Assembly (NCBI RefSeq): GCF_009914755.1
Contig: NC_060928.1
Reading direction: 5' to 3' (one strand)
Origin: the human T2T-CHM13v2.0 reference genome, Homo sapiens
Length of the DNA stretch: 64,000 nt
Shown here: positions 14,513 through 33,089 of the stretch, piece by piece
Position numbering within the stretch: position 1 is the stretch's first letter
Layout of the letters: every line of letters begins with the position of its first letter
The notes under the pieces: generated by a model
What the model was told of the DNA's origin: nothing
What the model saw: the letters and a program-made list of their open reading frames with translations, nothing else
Databases searched by the model: none
Program-made: the position numbers and the translations under genes

Positions 14513-15529
14513 ATGGGGAAAAAACAGAACAGAAAAACTGGAAACTCTAAAAATCAGAGCGCCTCTCCTCCTCCAACGGAACTCAGCTCCTCACCAGCAA
14601 CGGAACAAAGCTGGACGGAGAATGACTTTGACGAGCTGAGAGAAGAAGGCTTCAGACGATCAAATTACTCTGAGCTATGGGAGGACATTCAAACCAAAGG
14701 CAAAGAAGTTGAAAACTTTGAAAAAAATTTAGAAGAATGTATAACTAGAAAAACCAATACAGAGAAGTGCTTAAAGGAGCTGATGGAGCTGAAAACCAAG
14801 GCTTGAGAACTACGTAAAGAATGCAGAAGCCTCAGGAGCCGATGCGATCAACTGCAAGGAAAGGTATCAGCGATGGAAGATGAAATGAATGAAATGAAGC
14901 AAGAAGGGAAGTTTAGAGAAAAAAGAATAAAAAGAAATGAGCAAAGCCTCCAAGAAATATGGGACTATGTAAAAAGACCAAATCTACGTCTGATTGGTAT
15001 ACCTGAAAGTGATGGGGAGAATGGAACCAAGTTGGAAAACACTCTGCAGGATATTATCCAGGAGAACTTCCCCAATCTAGCAAGGCAGGACAACATTCAG
15101 ATTCAGGAAATACAGAGAATGCCACAAAGATACTCCTCGAGAAGAGCAACTCCAAGACACATAATTGTCAGATTCACCAAAGTTGAAATGAAGGAAAAAA
15201 TGTTAAGGGCAGCCAGAGAGAAAGGTCGGGTTACCCTCAAAGGGAAGCCCATCAGACTAACGGCGGATCTCATGGCAGACACCCTACAAGCCAGAAGAGA
15301 GTGGGGGCCAATATTCAACATTCTTAAAGAAAAGAATTTTCAACCCAGAATTTCATATCCAGCCAAACTAAGCTTCATAAGTGAAGGAGTAATAAAATAC
15401 TTTACAGACAAGCAAATGCTGAGAGATTCTGTCACCACCAGGCCTGCCCTAAAAGAGCTCCTGAAGGAAGCACTAAACATGGAAAGGAACAACCGGTACC
15501 AGCTGCTGCAAAATCATGCCAAAATGTAA
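14513..15529 (+). pseudogene. L1 ORF1p (338 codons) with one nonsense codon
   Basis: MGKKQNRK...QNHAKM in a single frame; TGA at 14804-14806 (CGA>TGA, codon 98). Confidence 0.93.
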
Positions 15530-15592
15530 AGACCATAGAGACTAGGAAGAAACTGCATCAACTAATGAGCAAAATAACCAGCTAACATCATC

Positions 15593-19411
<3,819 letters not shown>

Positions 19412-22400
19412 ACAATGAGGTCACATGGACACAGGAAGAGGAACATCACACTCTGGGGACTGTTGTGGGGTGGGGGGAGGGGGGAGGGATAGCACTGGGA
19501 GATATACCTAATGCTAGATGACGAGTTAGTGGGTGCAGCGCACCAGCATGGCACATGTATACGTATGTAACTAACCAGCACAATGTGCACATGTACCCTA
19601 AAACTTAAAGTATAATAAAAAAAAAAATTAAAAAAAAAAAAGAAATGTAATCCCAGTGTTGGAGGTGGGGCTGGTGAAAAACGTATGGATCATGGGGAGG
19701 ATTCCTCATGAATGGCTTAGTCCCATCGTCTTGGTGATGAGTGAGTTCATGTGAGATCCAGTTGTTTAAAAGTATACGGCACCTACCCTCCCTCTCTCTC
19801 TTGCTCCAGCTCTCACCATGTGAGTACTAACGCCTGCTTTGCCTAATGCTATGATTGAAAGTTTCCTGAGGCCCTCGCCAGAAGCTGAGCACATGCTGGT
19901 GCTGTGCTTCCTCTACAATCTGGAGAACCAAGAGTCAATCAAATTACTTTTTTTTAAATTACCCAGCCTCAGATATTTCTATATAGCAACACAAGAAAGG
20001 AAAATAATTCCCCTTCTGAGTAATTCCACTCCCGGGTATCTATCCAAAAGGATCAAAAGCAGGATCTCTAATAGATATTTGTACATTCACATTCATTGAA
20101 ATGTCATTCGCAATAGCCAAAAGGTGAAAGCAACCCATTGTCCATCGATGGATGAATGGATAAACAAAATAAGGTATGTATACGTATATCTATATTATCT
20201 ATACACACACAATAGAATATTTATTAGTCTTAGAATAGAAATCTTGTTACATGCAACAACATTGTTGAAACTTCAAGACATTATGCTAAACAAAATAAGC
20301 CATTCACAAAAAGTCACATATAAGTCTATGATTTTACTTACATAGGGTACCTAGAGTCACCAAATTTATATATAGAGAAAATAATAGTTCCCAGAGACTG
20401 GAGGGCAGTGGGGGATGGGGAGTTATTGTTTAATGGGTATAGAGTTTCAGTTTTACAGGAGGAAAAGAGTGCTGGAATTTGATTACACAACAATGTAAAT
20501 GTACTTACTACTTAACTGTAACTGGTTAAGATGGTAAATTTTACTTTATGTGTATTTAACCACAAATGGGACACAGAAAATCAGAGCAGGAAAGATGAGA
20601 TTTATTTCTTTGAGTACATAGCTGAAACCATAATCCATATTAGGTTGTAATTTTTATAGTCCCTGATACAAATAATTACGTGAGTTGCACTGTCCGTAAT
20701 ATAAAAACAAGCTGCACAATTAGAAGAAGCACATTGCTGGTACTGAGACCAGAGAGAAGTTTCATCTTTGGGTGATTCTTCGAGAGAAACAGTGGTAAAC
20801 ATTTATGTTCAACATGATTTTTATAATGAGTAAAGCAAGGAGTTTCCAACACATGTTCTTTATTATATTTTGATGGCATAATGCCAAAATAAAATTCTGT
20901 GTAACAGAAAAATTTTTACTTTGACATTATGCCTTCAGAAAATAGTAATGAACATGTGTGTTGGAATGTTTTTGTTCTGTTCATTATAAATTATGCTTAG
21001 CTCCCTTCCCCACCACCTCTTTCTAAAAATCTTCCCTGCTTGTCTACCAGGTCTTTGTCACACTATTTGGATTTTCAGACAGAGTATACTAAGGGAAGAA
21101 AGAGAGGTGGAATAGATTTCTCTACAAATGGAAAGTTTCAAAAGAAAGTAAGATCTAATAAGGAGGAGGAGTAAGGACAGAGTGAGACTGGTAGCTGTGA
21201 TCAGTTTTAAGAGTTTTGTGGATGAAACAAAGAAGAACAGCTATTTTGTTGGTGAAGAGTTAGGGGATGGAGGTAAGAAAAGTGTATCTTTAGGAATTCT
21301 TATGGCATGTTCTTTGGACTGATTCCAACTTCATCTTCATCCATGCCCTCATCTCACAGATCACTCCAAGAAAACCTTAATGAAAGAGTTTACCAGTGCT
21401 TGCAGAATAGGAATTGCATTTTTAAAATGAGATTTTGGGTTGAGATAGGACTTAAACTGGAAGCAAGAAGACCTGGATTTACTAGGTTAGATGATTACAC
21501 ATTAAAAAGCAGCTCTACAGGAGAACAAACTGTGGGATCTAGAGTTCTCTTTGCTAATAGCTAGCTTAATTCAGCAATCAATTTTAGAGTACAGCAGAAA
21601 AAGCTGGACATCAGATAATACTCTATAAATACTGTGTCTCTCAACAGGATTGTCAATAAGGAGTTAGATGAGTTAAGAGTTTTATATGCCCAGTAATATG
21701 CTTCCATGAAGCCATATCCATGTGACTAGTTAAGTGTGGAGTTAAAGTCAGACAACTTCTTATGCATAGTGAAGATTCTATCAAAAATGTGAGGTGGCAA
21801 ACAATGATAAGGAAGTTGGTTAAAGATATACACCTAGTCAGGGCTAAGAGCTATCAGAAGAAACTTTTGAGGTCCACACAAGTGCAAATATAAAAGGACA
21901 GTTAAGATATCAACTTTCACTACTATGGACCATAGCCATGGATACTTTTAGCCTGGAAAAATTTTAAAGTATATCCAATCATATTTCTACCATGTTCATA
22001 CCAAAAAAAATTCAGCAAACCAACTACAGCATATTTAGCAGCCTGATCTGTTCTATTATATCCACCAAGTTAGATGAATTGCCAACTTCATGCCTAAGTG
22101 ACTGCATAAATTGGATTCTTATACAGGATTATTGACACTTTAAGTCATAGCAAAATTGCATTTAATTTTAGATTAGTTAATTTATATATCTTTAGGGTAA
22201 TAATTTAAAGTTGGGCCAATTATTGGTTAAGGCCACCTTTTGGTTATTGACATATTATCTATCGCGAAGAGAATATTTATTTTCCATTTCAAACACCAAG
22301 GGGTTAAAAATGGGCAATAAGATAAAGAATTAAAAAAAGACTTCATAATATTAGTCTCAGTTTTCATACTTCCTTCACTTATAAATTCTGTTTTTTTATG

Positions 22401-24317
22401 ATTTTAACATAAAACTTCATTATCATGTCAACCTATAAGTGCAGTCTCTATTGTCTCTAAAGTCATTTTTAACATCTGGCAAATATACTACATTTACTTA
22501 ATGTTACAATATGTCATTCTTACATTTCTCACATGCTAATTTCTAAATAGTGTCTGCTATCAGAAGCTAAAGAACATTTAATACCAAAGTTGTTACTTTA
22601 TAAAATCTGTCACTTTTCCAGAATAAAATGACAGTTTAATTTTGATTGACAACGCATAGGGAAATCAAATAAGAATACTATATGAGGGAAAAACAGAAGA
22701 ACTAAAGTTAGTACAATTCCTGTAATTTAGTTATTATGACTGATAATAGTATAAAAAATTATGGCTATTTTCAGGAAAAAAAGTTTCTAAAGGAAATGAA
22801 CTCTTGTGATATTCAGAATATCTTGGGATGTATTTGTTCTGAAAACCAAGCATCTACTTTGTAATTACCACATATAAGACGAGAAGTAGGAAGCTACAAA
22901 GAAGATATTAATTCCTGTGTTCATACAGGGGTTAATACATATATTTAAGTTCACTTCAATGCAAAGCAAATATTTATATGCTAGGAACAGAATGTTCCTT
23001 TCTGAAGTCCTAAGAGGAGTAGAACTTTTGTTAAGGAGCACAAATCTGATGCATATATTTAGCAGTACCAAAGAATTACAAAAGGCAACTTTCTATGCTA
23101 GTCTTCTTCTCTTTGATTTCCATTGATCTCATTTCTTCTTATTGGTAGGTTTTATCTTCTCCAGACTGGTGCTAGAGATTAGTGAGACAAAGAAGAAAGT
23201 TGGCTTATCTGCGTTGGAGTTAAATATTAGTCAGACTTTCCTAATTTCTTTGTTTTGATGGGCACTGGGTGTAACTTCTCAGGATGTTGAACTGAAGGTC
23301 AATGTAACACCTATGTCTTCTGTCCACCAGTGGAGACGTTGTGTTACTATTTTTGTGGACCTCTCACAAACCTCCATCTCCACTCCTACAGTGCTAATGC
23401 TGCCTCATTCTTCAGTGATCGTATTGTTTAGGCAAAATTCCTGATCTCTTAGACAAAATTACAAAGAATTAGCAATGTGACTTTGTATTTGGATAAATTA
23501 CTCAACACATTTAACTGAGCTTAAGTACGCAGGTGCTCATAAATATGTGGCGGTGCCAGTGATTGGGCTTATTTTTGCCTTTCTCTGGAAGGTAATTTAA
23601 GACCTGATTTTAGGTTTCTGTTGCTCCCCAGGGGAAAAGACAGACTTATACATTCTTTTTTTTCTTTTAATAAAGATAATAAAGAGTTGGTTCTTTTTTA
23701 TTAACATAAATTTTCTTTAAGTTCCCCCTGATTTTAACAGTCAGTGTTGATATTTTCTGTAGAGTAGCAGATTACCTGAATTTACTTTCCAATTAATATG
23801 TATAATTGTCACTATTTGCTTTAAAATATGTGTTTAAAAGTCACTTCGGTTCTGGGTGAATCTCATTGAATTTATAAATCATTGACTTGCATTCTAGTTG
23901 GCTTGATTGCATATTTGTCTTTTCATTAAGGAGACAAGTTTGCTAGATTTTTTTGTAAAGTTCTTACCATAATGACTATTACAATTAGATTGTTTTGTGT
24001 GTTCTAAAATGAAGGGATGGGTGATTAATGGAACTTAGAGGATATACTATTTATCCTTCTGGTTTGTTCCTCCAGAACTCCAGATTTTCTAAACATGTTT
24101 TGGAGAGCTATAGGTTTCTGAGTCTGTCAAAATAATCTTCCTAAAAACACCTGTATCTATGGAGTGCTATGATAAAAATTACTTGACTACAATGAATGGA
24201 ATTATTTATTATAATTATTAGGCAATAGACTGAAAGTATTTAGATTAAAATAAGAAAATAGAAAATAAAATCCCCTTAATGTGGCATAAGCACTAACTGA
24301 AATATGGTATTATCTCC

Positions 24318-24389
24318 ATACATACATATACATATGTGTATGTGTGTGTGTATATATACACACACATATATATACACATATATGTATGT
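24318..24389. repeat. Mixed (TA/CA/TG)n alternating purine-pyrimidine, quasi-palindromic tract
   Basis: Read directly; centre tgtgtgtgtata|tatacacacaca is a perfect palindrome. Confidence 0.9.
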
Positions 24390-24390
24390 T

Positions 24391-24910
<520 letters not shown>

Positions 24911-25829
24911 CCCTACATTTTAATATTTTGTTCTTAAAAATATTAAATTTAACATTTTGTTTTTCTCCTTATTGTTAAAAATGGGGATGTCAGGGTACAA
25001 GAAAGAAACACATTTGTATAAGTAAATGATTCCCAAATATCAACTTTGAAATAGTTAAAAGTGAAAATGGCTATTGTTCCTCTTTTTGTAATTTCCTAGG
25101 GGATGTTTTGAATAATTAGCAATGACTTCAATTATTTACATTTCTTGAAACATTCTTTCCTTTATTTGAGGAGGAAAGATAAGCAAAATTTTTGATTTTT
25201 CAAAGCAAGCTTTTAGGTTTTTTTGTTACAACAAAAAGAAAATCACCAAAGAAAATATGTGGAAGAAAATTATATATATTCTTAATAGATAGAATGGAAT
25301 GGAGATAGGAGTAATGAAGAAAGGAATGTAAGAGTACAAATGACAATAGTATTGTGTAATTGTTTTCCTATGCTTTCTTAAACTTCAAATGTGTTTTTCT
25401 TACTTCAGTAGTGCTCTTATAATGCCCACGCCTCTTCAAAATTTTTTTTTAAATTATAAAATTAATAACATTTAGGTAAAGCTAATATTTTTACGTATTT
25501 GTTCATGCCATGTTTTTCTAAGCAAGTTTTAACCATTTTAGGTAAAATATTGTTTTCTCAAAAGCTATATTCTTTGAGCAGGATGTTAGAATAGAAGGTC
25601 CACCACTCATTTTCCCTCATAGCAGCAATAATTTCCCAGCCATCCATTGCAAAATGTACTGTTGTGGGAGCCTTGGAATTCAAGTAGGAGTCTGTGAAAC
25701 CCCAGTGGAGCCCAAGACCTAGGAGGGTCATTTTGAGGGGGCGGATTCATACTTAGGCACCAGATTTACCGAAAGTGAGACAGGCTTGCCCACTTCAATC
25801 TTGATTGTGGACAACTTAATGACCCACTA

Positions 25830-26750
25830 AACCAGCTCCAGCTCCTCTCAGCTATGGTCTGAGATCAGTTCTGTTAACGCAAGGACCCAGAGGGAGACAC
25901 ACCCATCTGAGTCCCTGGGTCAGACTTGCCAACCTTGGTCCCACAGCAGATCCTGAAACTGAATCCAAGCCCCAGACCCCCTCTGCTATGGTCAGAGAGC
26001 AGTTCTACCTGTTCAGGGATCTGGAGGGAAGCATAGCCATCCATGTTCCCACAGGCAGGCCAGCTAACTTAGGTTATACAGCAGATCCCGAAAAAACCAA
26101 GGAACTCAGCTATAGTTCATCTCAACTGTGGCTTGAGAGCAGTTCTGTCCATGAACGGACCTGAAAGGTCCATAGATGGTTCCAGTGTCCATCATTGCTC
26201 CTGTAAGCTGGCCTGCTTAACTTTGGTCCCACTGTGCATCTTCAAAAGTCCCTATAATTCAGCTCCAGTCCCTGTAAACTGTGGCATAAGAGCAGACTTA
26301 CCTTCACAGTGACCTCCTAAGAGACATACCCCAGAGATAGGCTGAATGACTTTGGTCTCAGCTGTAGACCCTGAAGCAGCTCTGTGACCTGGTTCCAATC
26401 CCTCTCAGTTACAACCAAGGCAGTACTGCCTGCCCAGGGACCCACCCAGTGACATAGCAGAAGCCCTCCCAGGAACCTGGAGGAAGCCACATTTATCCAT
26501 AAACCTGGTAACAGGCCCATTGTCTTCAGACTCAAAAGTGGACCCTCATCCCAGTACCAGCCCTACAGACCAAGGTCCTGAAGATAGTTCAGTCCACCTA
26601 GGGACCACATAGATAGGACCCATCCATGTCCACCAGAGCACTGCTAACAGGTCTGCCAACAACAGACCCCATTGCAGTCTCAGTAGCAGCCATGTGACCT
26701 GACTCCAGCCCCATACAACCGCAGTCCTAGAGGCAATCACATCACACCTG
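25830..26750 (+). repeat. Degenerate ~130-155 bp tandem monomers of the L1M 5'UTR
   Basis: Recurring anchor (g/a)ct(a/g)tgg...agagcagttct near 25851, 25985, 26125 and 26278, with weaker copies beyond. Confidence 0.7.
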
Positions 26751-27262
26751 GAACCTAATAGGAGAAAGCCTTAACCTGCCAAAACATGTCTGTAAAGACT
26801 AGAAGAGGGTCTTGTTCCTTCAAATGGAGACTCCAGCAAACGAGTCTATGGATAACGAAGAACCAAGCAAACATGACACCACCAAAAGAAACAAATAAAG
26901 TTCCAGCAACCAAGTCCAAAGAAATGGTGATCTATAAATTGCCTGAAATATAATTCAAAATAATCATCTTAATGAAGCTCAATGAGGTGCAAGAAAACAC
27001 AGGCAACTGAATGAGATCAGAAAAGCAATGCACGAACACAATGAGAAGTTTAATAAAGATATAAAGCTGAAGAATACAAAGACAGAAGTAAAAAACTCAA
27101 TAGAGAGCTTCAGCAGCAGACTCAATCATGGAGAAGAAAGAATTAAAAAGCTTGAAGACAGATCATTTGAAATTTGCCAATTCAAGGAACAAAAAGAATA
27201 AATATAAAAAGAGCCAGGTAAACAATAAGGGTCCTTTGGGGCACAATCAATCATATTAATAT

Positions 27263-27301
27263 ATTGCTTTTAATGGCAATTACTTTTACACCAACCCAAT
27301 A
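27263..27301. mobile_element. Partial MADE1 (Hsmar1 mariner MITE)
   Basis: gcaattacttttacaccaacccaata matches the MADE1 terminal inverted repeat; only one arm is recognisable. Confidence 0.6.
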
Positions 27302-29979
27302 CAAATTATAGAGGCTCCAGAGGGAGAAGAGAACAAAAAAGGAGCAAAAATATTATTTAAAGGAATACTGTCTGAAAACTTTCTAAATCTTGGAGGAATA
27401 TGTAAATCCAGATTCCTAAGCTCAAAGGAGTCTAAACAAGTTCAATCCAAAGAAAAATACTCTGAGGCATCTTGCAATCAAACATCAAAAGTTCTCATAG
27501 AGAGAATCTTGAAAGCAAAAAGAGATAAGAGACTGGTCACATCCAAGGGAACCTCCGTTAGGTTATCAGAGGACTTCTCAACAGAAACTTGCAATCCAGG
27601 AGGGAGTGAGATGTTATATTCAAGAGGCTGACATGAAATTAAAAAAAAACCCAGAAACCTGGCAACCAAGCATACTATACTCAGCAAAGCTCTCCTTCAG
27701 AAATGAAGGAGAGGTAAAGACTTTCCTAGACAAAGCTGAGAGTGTTCATTACCATTATATTTGCCTCATCAAAAATGCCAAAGGAAGTTCTTCAAGTAAA
27801 AAGATGCTAATTAATAATATGAAAACATATAAAAGTTAAAAAGACTCAGTAAAGACAAATATATAGTCAAACTCAGATTACCTCAATACTGGAGTGGTGG
27901 TGTATAAATTACTTATATCTCTAATATAAAGATTAAAAGACAAAACTATTAAAAATAAGTATAGCTGTGATAATTTGTTAAGGAATACACAATATAAAAA
28001 TATGTAAATTGTGATATCAAAAACCATAAAATATTTGTATGCGGGGAGTAAAAATGTAGTTTTTTATGTGATTGAAATTAAGTTATCAGCTTAATATAAC
28101 CTGTTGTTAAAGATGTTTTATGAAGTGTCAGGAAAACAATACCCTTAAAACCTATAGCAGATACACAAAAGATAAAGGGACCAAAACATGCCGCTGCAAA
28201 AAATTATTGTAGCACAAAGGAAGATAGCAAGAGAGGAAGAAAAGAACAAAAGATCCACAAAACAATCTGAAAACAATTACTAAAATGGCAGTAGTAAGTC
28301 TGCATCTATCAATAATTACCTTGAATGTAAATACATTAAATTATCTGATGAAAAGACAAAGTGGCTAAATAAATAAAAGAATAAGACCCTATTCTGTGCT
28401 GCCTACAAGAGACTCACTTCAGCTTTAAGGACACACATAGACTGAAAGTGAAGGGATGGGAAAAGATATTCCATGCAAACGGAAATGAAGACGTCAGGGG
28501 TAGCTTTACTTATATCAGAAAAAATAGACCTTAAGTCAAAAAATGTTAAAGTAGACAAAGAAGGTCACTATATAATGATAAAGGGGTTAATTCATCAAAA
28601 GCATATTACACTTGTAAATGTATAATATATGCACAGTATTGAAGCACCTAAACATAGAAAGCAAATATTAATAGATCTGGAGGGAGAGATAGACAGCAAT
28701 ACAATAATAGTAGGGGACTGTAATACGCCACTTTCAACAATGGATAGATCATCCAGACAGAAAATAAATAAGAAACACTGGACTTGAACTACACTTTAGG
28801 TGAAATGGACCTAACAGATATATAGAGAACTTTCTATCTAGCAGCATGAGAATATGTATTTCTTTTCAAGCACACACCAAATAATCTCCACGATAAATCA
28901 TACAGCAGGCCAGAAAACAAGTCTTAACAAATTTAAAAAGACTAAAATTGTATGCAGTATCTTTACTGACCACAATAGTATAAAACTAGGAAACAGTAAT
29001 AGAAAGAAATTTGGAAAGTTGGCAGATTTGTAGAAATTAAACATACTTCTGAACAACCAATGAGTGAAGGAAGAAATAAAAAGAAAAATAAAAGAGTCTT
29101 GAGACAAATGAAAATAGAAACACAACATACAAAAAACTATAGGATATAGCCAAAGCAGTTCTGTGACAAAAGTTTATAGTAATAAATATGTACATTTAAG
29201 AAAAATCTCAAATAAATAACCTATGTTTCATCTCAAGAAACTAGAAAAAGAAGAACAAAAGAAGTCCAAAGTTAACAGAAAGAAGGAAATAATGAAGATC
29301 AGAGAAAAATAAATAAAATAATTGTTGGAAAAAAATAGAAAAGATAATTAAAATGAAGAGTTGGTTTTTTAAAAAAAAGACAAAATTGACAAGCCTTTAG
29401 CTAAACTAAGAAAAAAAGAGAAGGTTCAAACTTCTGTTGCCCACAAGAAAGGAAGCAAATTCAGAAAAGTGTTTGATAAGTTTTGATCTACAGGAAAGAA
29501 TATTACCTAATAAAGTTTTTCTATTAACATAAAAATAAAACTTGGGATTTTTCCTCTTTCCATTAGGGATTCAAGTTTTTGAAATTAATCATTTAGTTAA
29601 TAAAAATGTTTCCAGGCTAACTGTAAAGAAAAATTATTTTTCTTCTTAAAAGATAGGAAACTAAGACCAAGTAGAAATGTACCTTCATATAGTTCCTAGT
29701 TTCAAGATATTAGGCTTGATTGTTAGACAATTAGTGAGACTAATTTTGGACATGTACAGAACATTGTCTAAGGATTAGGAGTTCTGTGTTCAATTTATTC
29801 ATATTCTGAACGTTGGTGAATCAGCAATTTTAAGACATACTGACTGTTTCTAAACATTTGAATAAATTTGATGCATAAAACTAGGCACGTTAAGCATTTT
29901 TGCATCTCTTCTAGTTAATTGTGAAGACGTTATTCACTTTGCCATTCTATAGCCTAGTAATAGTACCCCCATTCTATAG

Positions 29980-30010
29980 CAGGGGTAGCAAATTATAGCC
30001 CATGAGCTAA
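29980..30010 (+). mobile_element. MER58-like hAT terminus fragment
   Basis: caggggtagcaaattatagcccatgagctaa resembles the MER58 5' end. Confidence 0.45.
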
Positions 30011-31759
30011 AAAAAAAAAAAAAAAACTAGAGAGGAAAGCAAATGTTGTTGGAAAAAAAAAAAACAAGGAGCTGAAAATTATCATGGAGAAGAAGAAGGA
30101 GAAGAAATATATAAAATAACAGCGTATATATAAAATTACAACTCTAGTATTAAATAGCAGTTCAAAGAAGAATGGATGTAAGATCAAAAAAGAACGTGGA
30201 ATTTGGATGTTTGAAAAAACTGAAACATGCAAACGCACAATGACAACAATTTTTAAATCCCTTTCCATCCTTCCCTGTTATGCCTCCAAGGTATTGCTAC
30301 AGACACAATCTTTGGGGGAAAAAAAAAAACCTTACAGGAGCAAGGAGTTCACTGCAACCTATTTTCCCAATGTGATAATATTTTTTGCTTTTCTAAAAAT
30401 AATCATGGTTGTTGAAAGCAAACTACTATTTAATTTGAATGCATAGCTTGAGATCCAAGGCTTATGTGATTTATTTTTTTTCTAGAATATGCTGAGCTTC
30501 ACTTTATTTCTGGTGAATTAGGTACCTGGTTCAGCACATTCCTGAGAATGAGTTTTTCTTTGAGCACAATACGCTCCATTAGACTGGATATTCCATTAAA
30601 ATGAATAGATTCTCTGCACTGAAATAGGCTACTCGAGCCCTCACATTGACTTATATCATACAAAAAGGACATTTTCCTGGAGTATTTTTGGAATCTAGCT
30701 ACTCTAAGTTTACTGTCTTTTAAACCCACAGGAATGCCTAATGGTACAATGAAAGAGCAATTCATAGGCAGAGAGTTGTAAATCGAAACACATTGTACAA
30801 AAGAAAGGCTATTGGAAAAAATAATCGGTGATATCTATGTGTTTTGTTTCCAAATCTATCAACCAGAGATTGATCTGGTGAAATTTTAAATAGATTTTAG
30901 GATATAAATAGCATCCGCAATGTAGACTCTAAGCCTTGCTTGCCTCCAGTAGCTGAGGCTGTAGGTCCATCTGCAGAAGGACCCCAGAAGTACTTCATCA
31001 CTTCTTAGTCTGATAGTTTTAATGAATAACAATAAAAGAACAAATAAACAGAACACACAAAAAAAACCGCATGGGACTTTTTCTCAAATGCAGCTAACTG
31101 ACCCCCACCCCCACCACCTTCCATGATACCCTGTGGAGTCTCTCCTTGTTCATGCCTGGTTCTGTCATTGTGTGCCTGATACAATTGCTGAAGGGCTATA
31201 ATCTAGTTTCCACCTCAAGAAACCTAGAGAGGACCCAAGTGAGGGTAAGGGCAAAATGAGCAGCTGAATAAGCACAACCCAGTTCCTGATTACTAGAGAC
31301 AAAAATATGTACTACCATTTACATTTATGAAAAGGTGATTTCTGACTCAGCAAGTCAGAAGTCCTTTCATAAAGAAGATAAATAAATAGTCCTGGGTAGA
31401 TCTTTAGGATGTAAGCTCTGATTAATGACAAGGTATGGGTAGGTGTTAAAGTTAATATGTTACAGTACAATGAGTGAGTAAACAGAAGATTTTAGAAAAG
31501 GCCATGGCACACGGTGTTTATAAACACACGTATTTTTTGAGGTCACACTGAGAAGTGTGAAGTTGATATTTAAAAAGCTGTATGGAAATCTCTATAACTA
31601 AACATAAGCATTTACATCTTTTGAAAGTAGTTATTAAACTAATAAACCTAATGCAACTAATAAAAAGGATAAAAAGGGAAAACAAAGCTACTTTATAAGT
31701 TAAAGGTTAGAAGTAAATATTTATACAATGAAAAATACTAAGGTATTCAAAAAACATGA

Positions 31760-31965
31760 GACTTTGTGGCAGGACTTTGGAGTCCGACAAACCTGTTTGA
31801 ATTCCTGCTCTGCCATTCATTAGTATTATGGCTCTCAAGACCCCTGAAAGTTACTGAATTTTAATGAGGCTTAGTTTCTTTGTCTGTAAAATAAAGATAA
31901 TACTGCCTGCATTATATGTGACGATGAAGCTTATATTAAATCAGGTGTAAAGTGTCATAGTACAT
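31760..31965 (+). mobile_element. MIR SINE
   Basis: ggactttggagtccgacaaacctgtttgaattcctgctctgcca ... gtttctttgtctgtaaaat. Confidence 0.75.
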
Positions 31966-32269
31966 GTACTATGTTAGTTCTCTTCTTTCTTAAGATTGTT
32001 GCTGAAAATTAAATTCCACAGAAAAATAATACAATGCCAATTAAAACCTTTTCATTTACTTATTTATTTAATCTGAAAACAGATATCTAAAAAATTTCAC
32101 AATAGGTAATTCATTTTCTTCATAGCATTTATCACTGTCTAAGCTTACCATGTGTATTCGTTAGCCTTTGGTCAATTTGTGTGTCTTCCACCCTAGAATG
32201 TCCATGAAACTGCCTATTTCCTGCTAATCTCAGAGTCTGAAACAACTGGATATGTTGTCGTCGTAGAAA

Positions 32270-32510
32270 GAAGCACTATGTTGCGTTTATTGTATGCCAG
32301 GAGTTCAAAATATTAATTTGATTTTCATAATGACTAGATGAGGTGAATATGCTTATAGTCCTATTTTATAAAGGGGAAACTGAAGTAAAAAGAGGTGACA
32401 TGTCCTATCTAAAGCCACACAGAAAACAGTATCCCAGTCTGACACTTATCAGAGTAAGAACTGAAGAAGTTTAGTTCCAAAATCAATGATGTAATCATCA
32501 CATTATATTG
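32270..32510 (-). mobile_element. MIR SINE (within an L2 3' fragment, ~32120-32555)
   Basis: Reversed MIR core cctattttataaaggggaaactga; L2 tail tgaataaatggacaaatgaatgaatg follows. Confidence 0.65.
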
Positions 32511-33089
32511 CTGTAATATGTTTTTGATGAATAAATGGACAAATGAATGAATGGCTTGTTTTGGGTGCCATTTGAAACCAGGTGGAAGTGGTCCTTGGAG
32601 TTCATTGTTATGTTTTTGGATTGTTGTTTGCTAGTCTGTGTACTTACAAAATTTGCTGTCACTATATTCTATATATTTGTAGAATTTTCTCTTAGAACAT
32701 GCAAACAATATGATCTGAGGGTTTAACTGCTTCTAAAACAGATTTTCAACCAGTCCTAGTACTTTCTGTTTCATATTTTCCCCTGGTTCCAAAGGTCATC
32801 AGTTTACCTTCTGGGAATTCCTTGTAAGCTGAGTGTTAGTTTTCCTACTGCCACCTTAGGTGTCTGCTTTCTCCACTGCCTCTTTAATTCCTGCAGCTCT
32901 CTCTGTCTTTCAAGTACCATACTTTTTTTTTTTTTACTGCAATAGACTTTCTTATTCTTTTTTTAAAAGTGGTTTTATACCTATAAAAATTCCTTTAGTC
33001 ATACTTTAGTGGCATTTTAAAGGAAACTGGAGATAAGTAGATGGCGTCAGCCCCACCATTTTGAACAAAAAACCTAGGTTTTATCATGA

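Larger units (their letters stand above)
25575..29430 (+). mobile_element. Old L1M 5' half (5'UTR with tandem subrepeats, ORF1, ORF2 endonuclease); 3' part missing
   Basis: ORF1 remnants ~26850-27800 (WQPSILYSAKLSFRNEGEVKTFLDK); EN start atggcagtagtaagtc near 28286; ends abruptly at ~29430 with no polyA. Confidence 0.85.

Noticed and set aside
20640-20690. Possible micro-exons (20 nt at ~20660-20679 plus strand; also ~30486-30521 plus and ~45948-45965 minus)
   Set aside because: AG...GT pairs of this quality occur by chance in 64 kb; weak polypyrimidine tracts, branch points or donors.
25830-26750. Regularly spaced motif array resembling CRISPR or a novel satellite
   Set aside because: Whole units, not just short repeats, are homologous and degenerate, and they lie directly upstream of L1 ORF1; these are 5'UTR monomers of an old L1.
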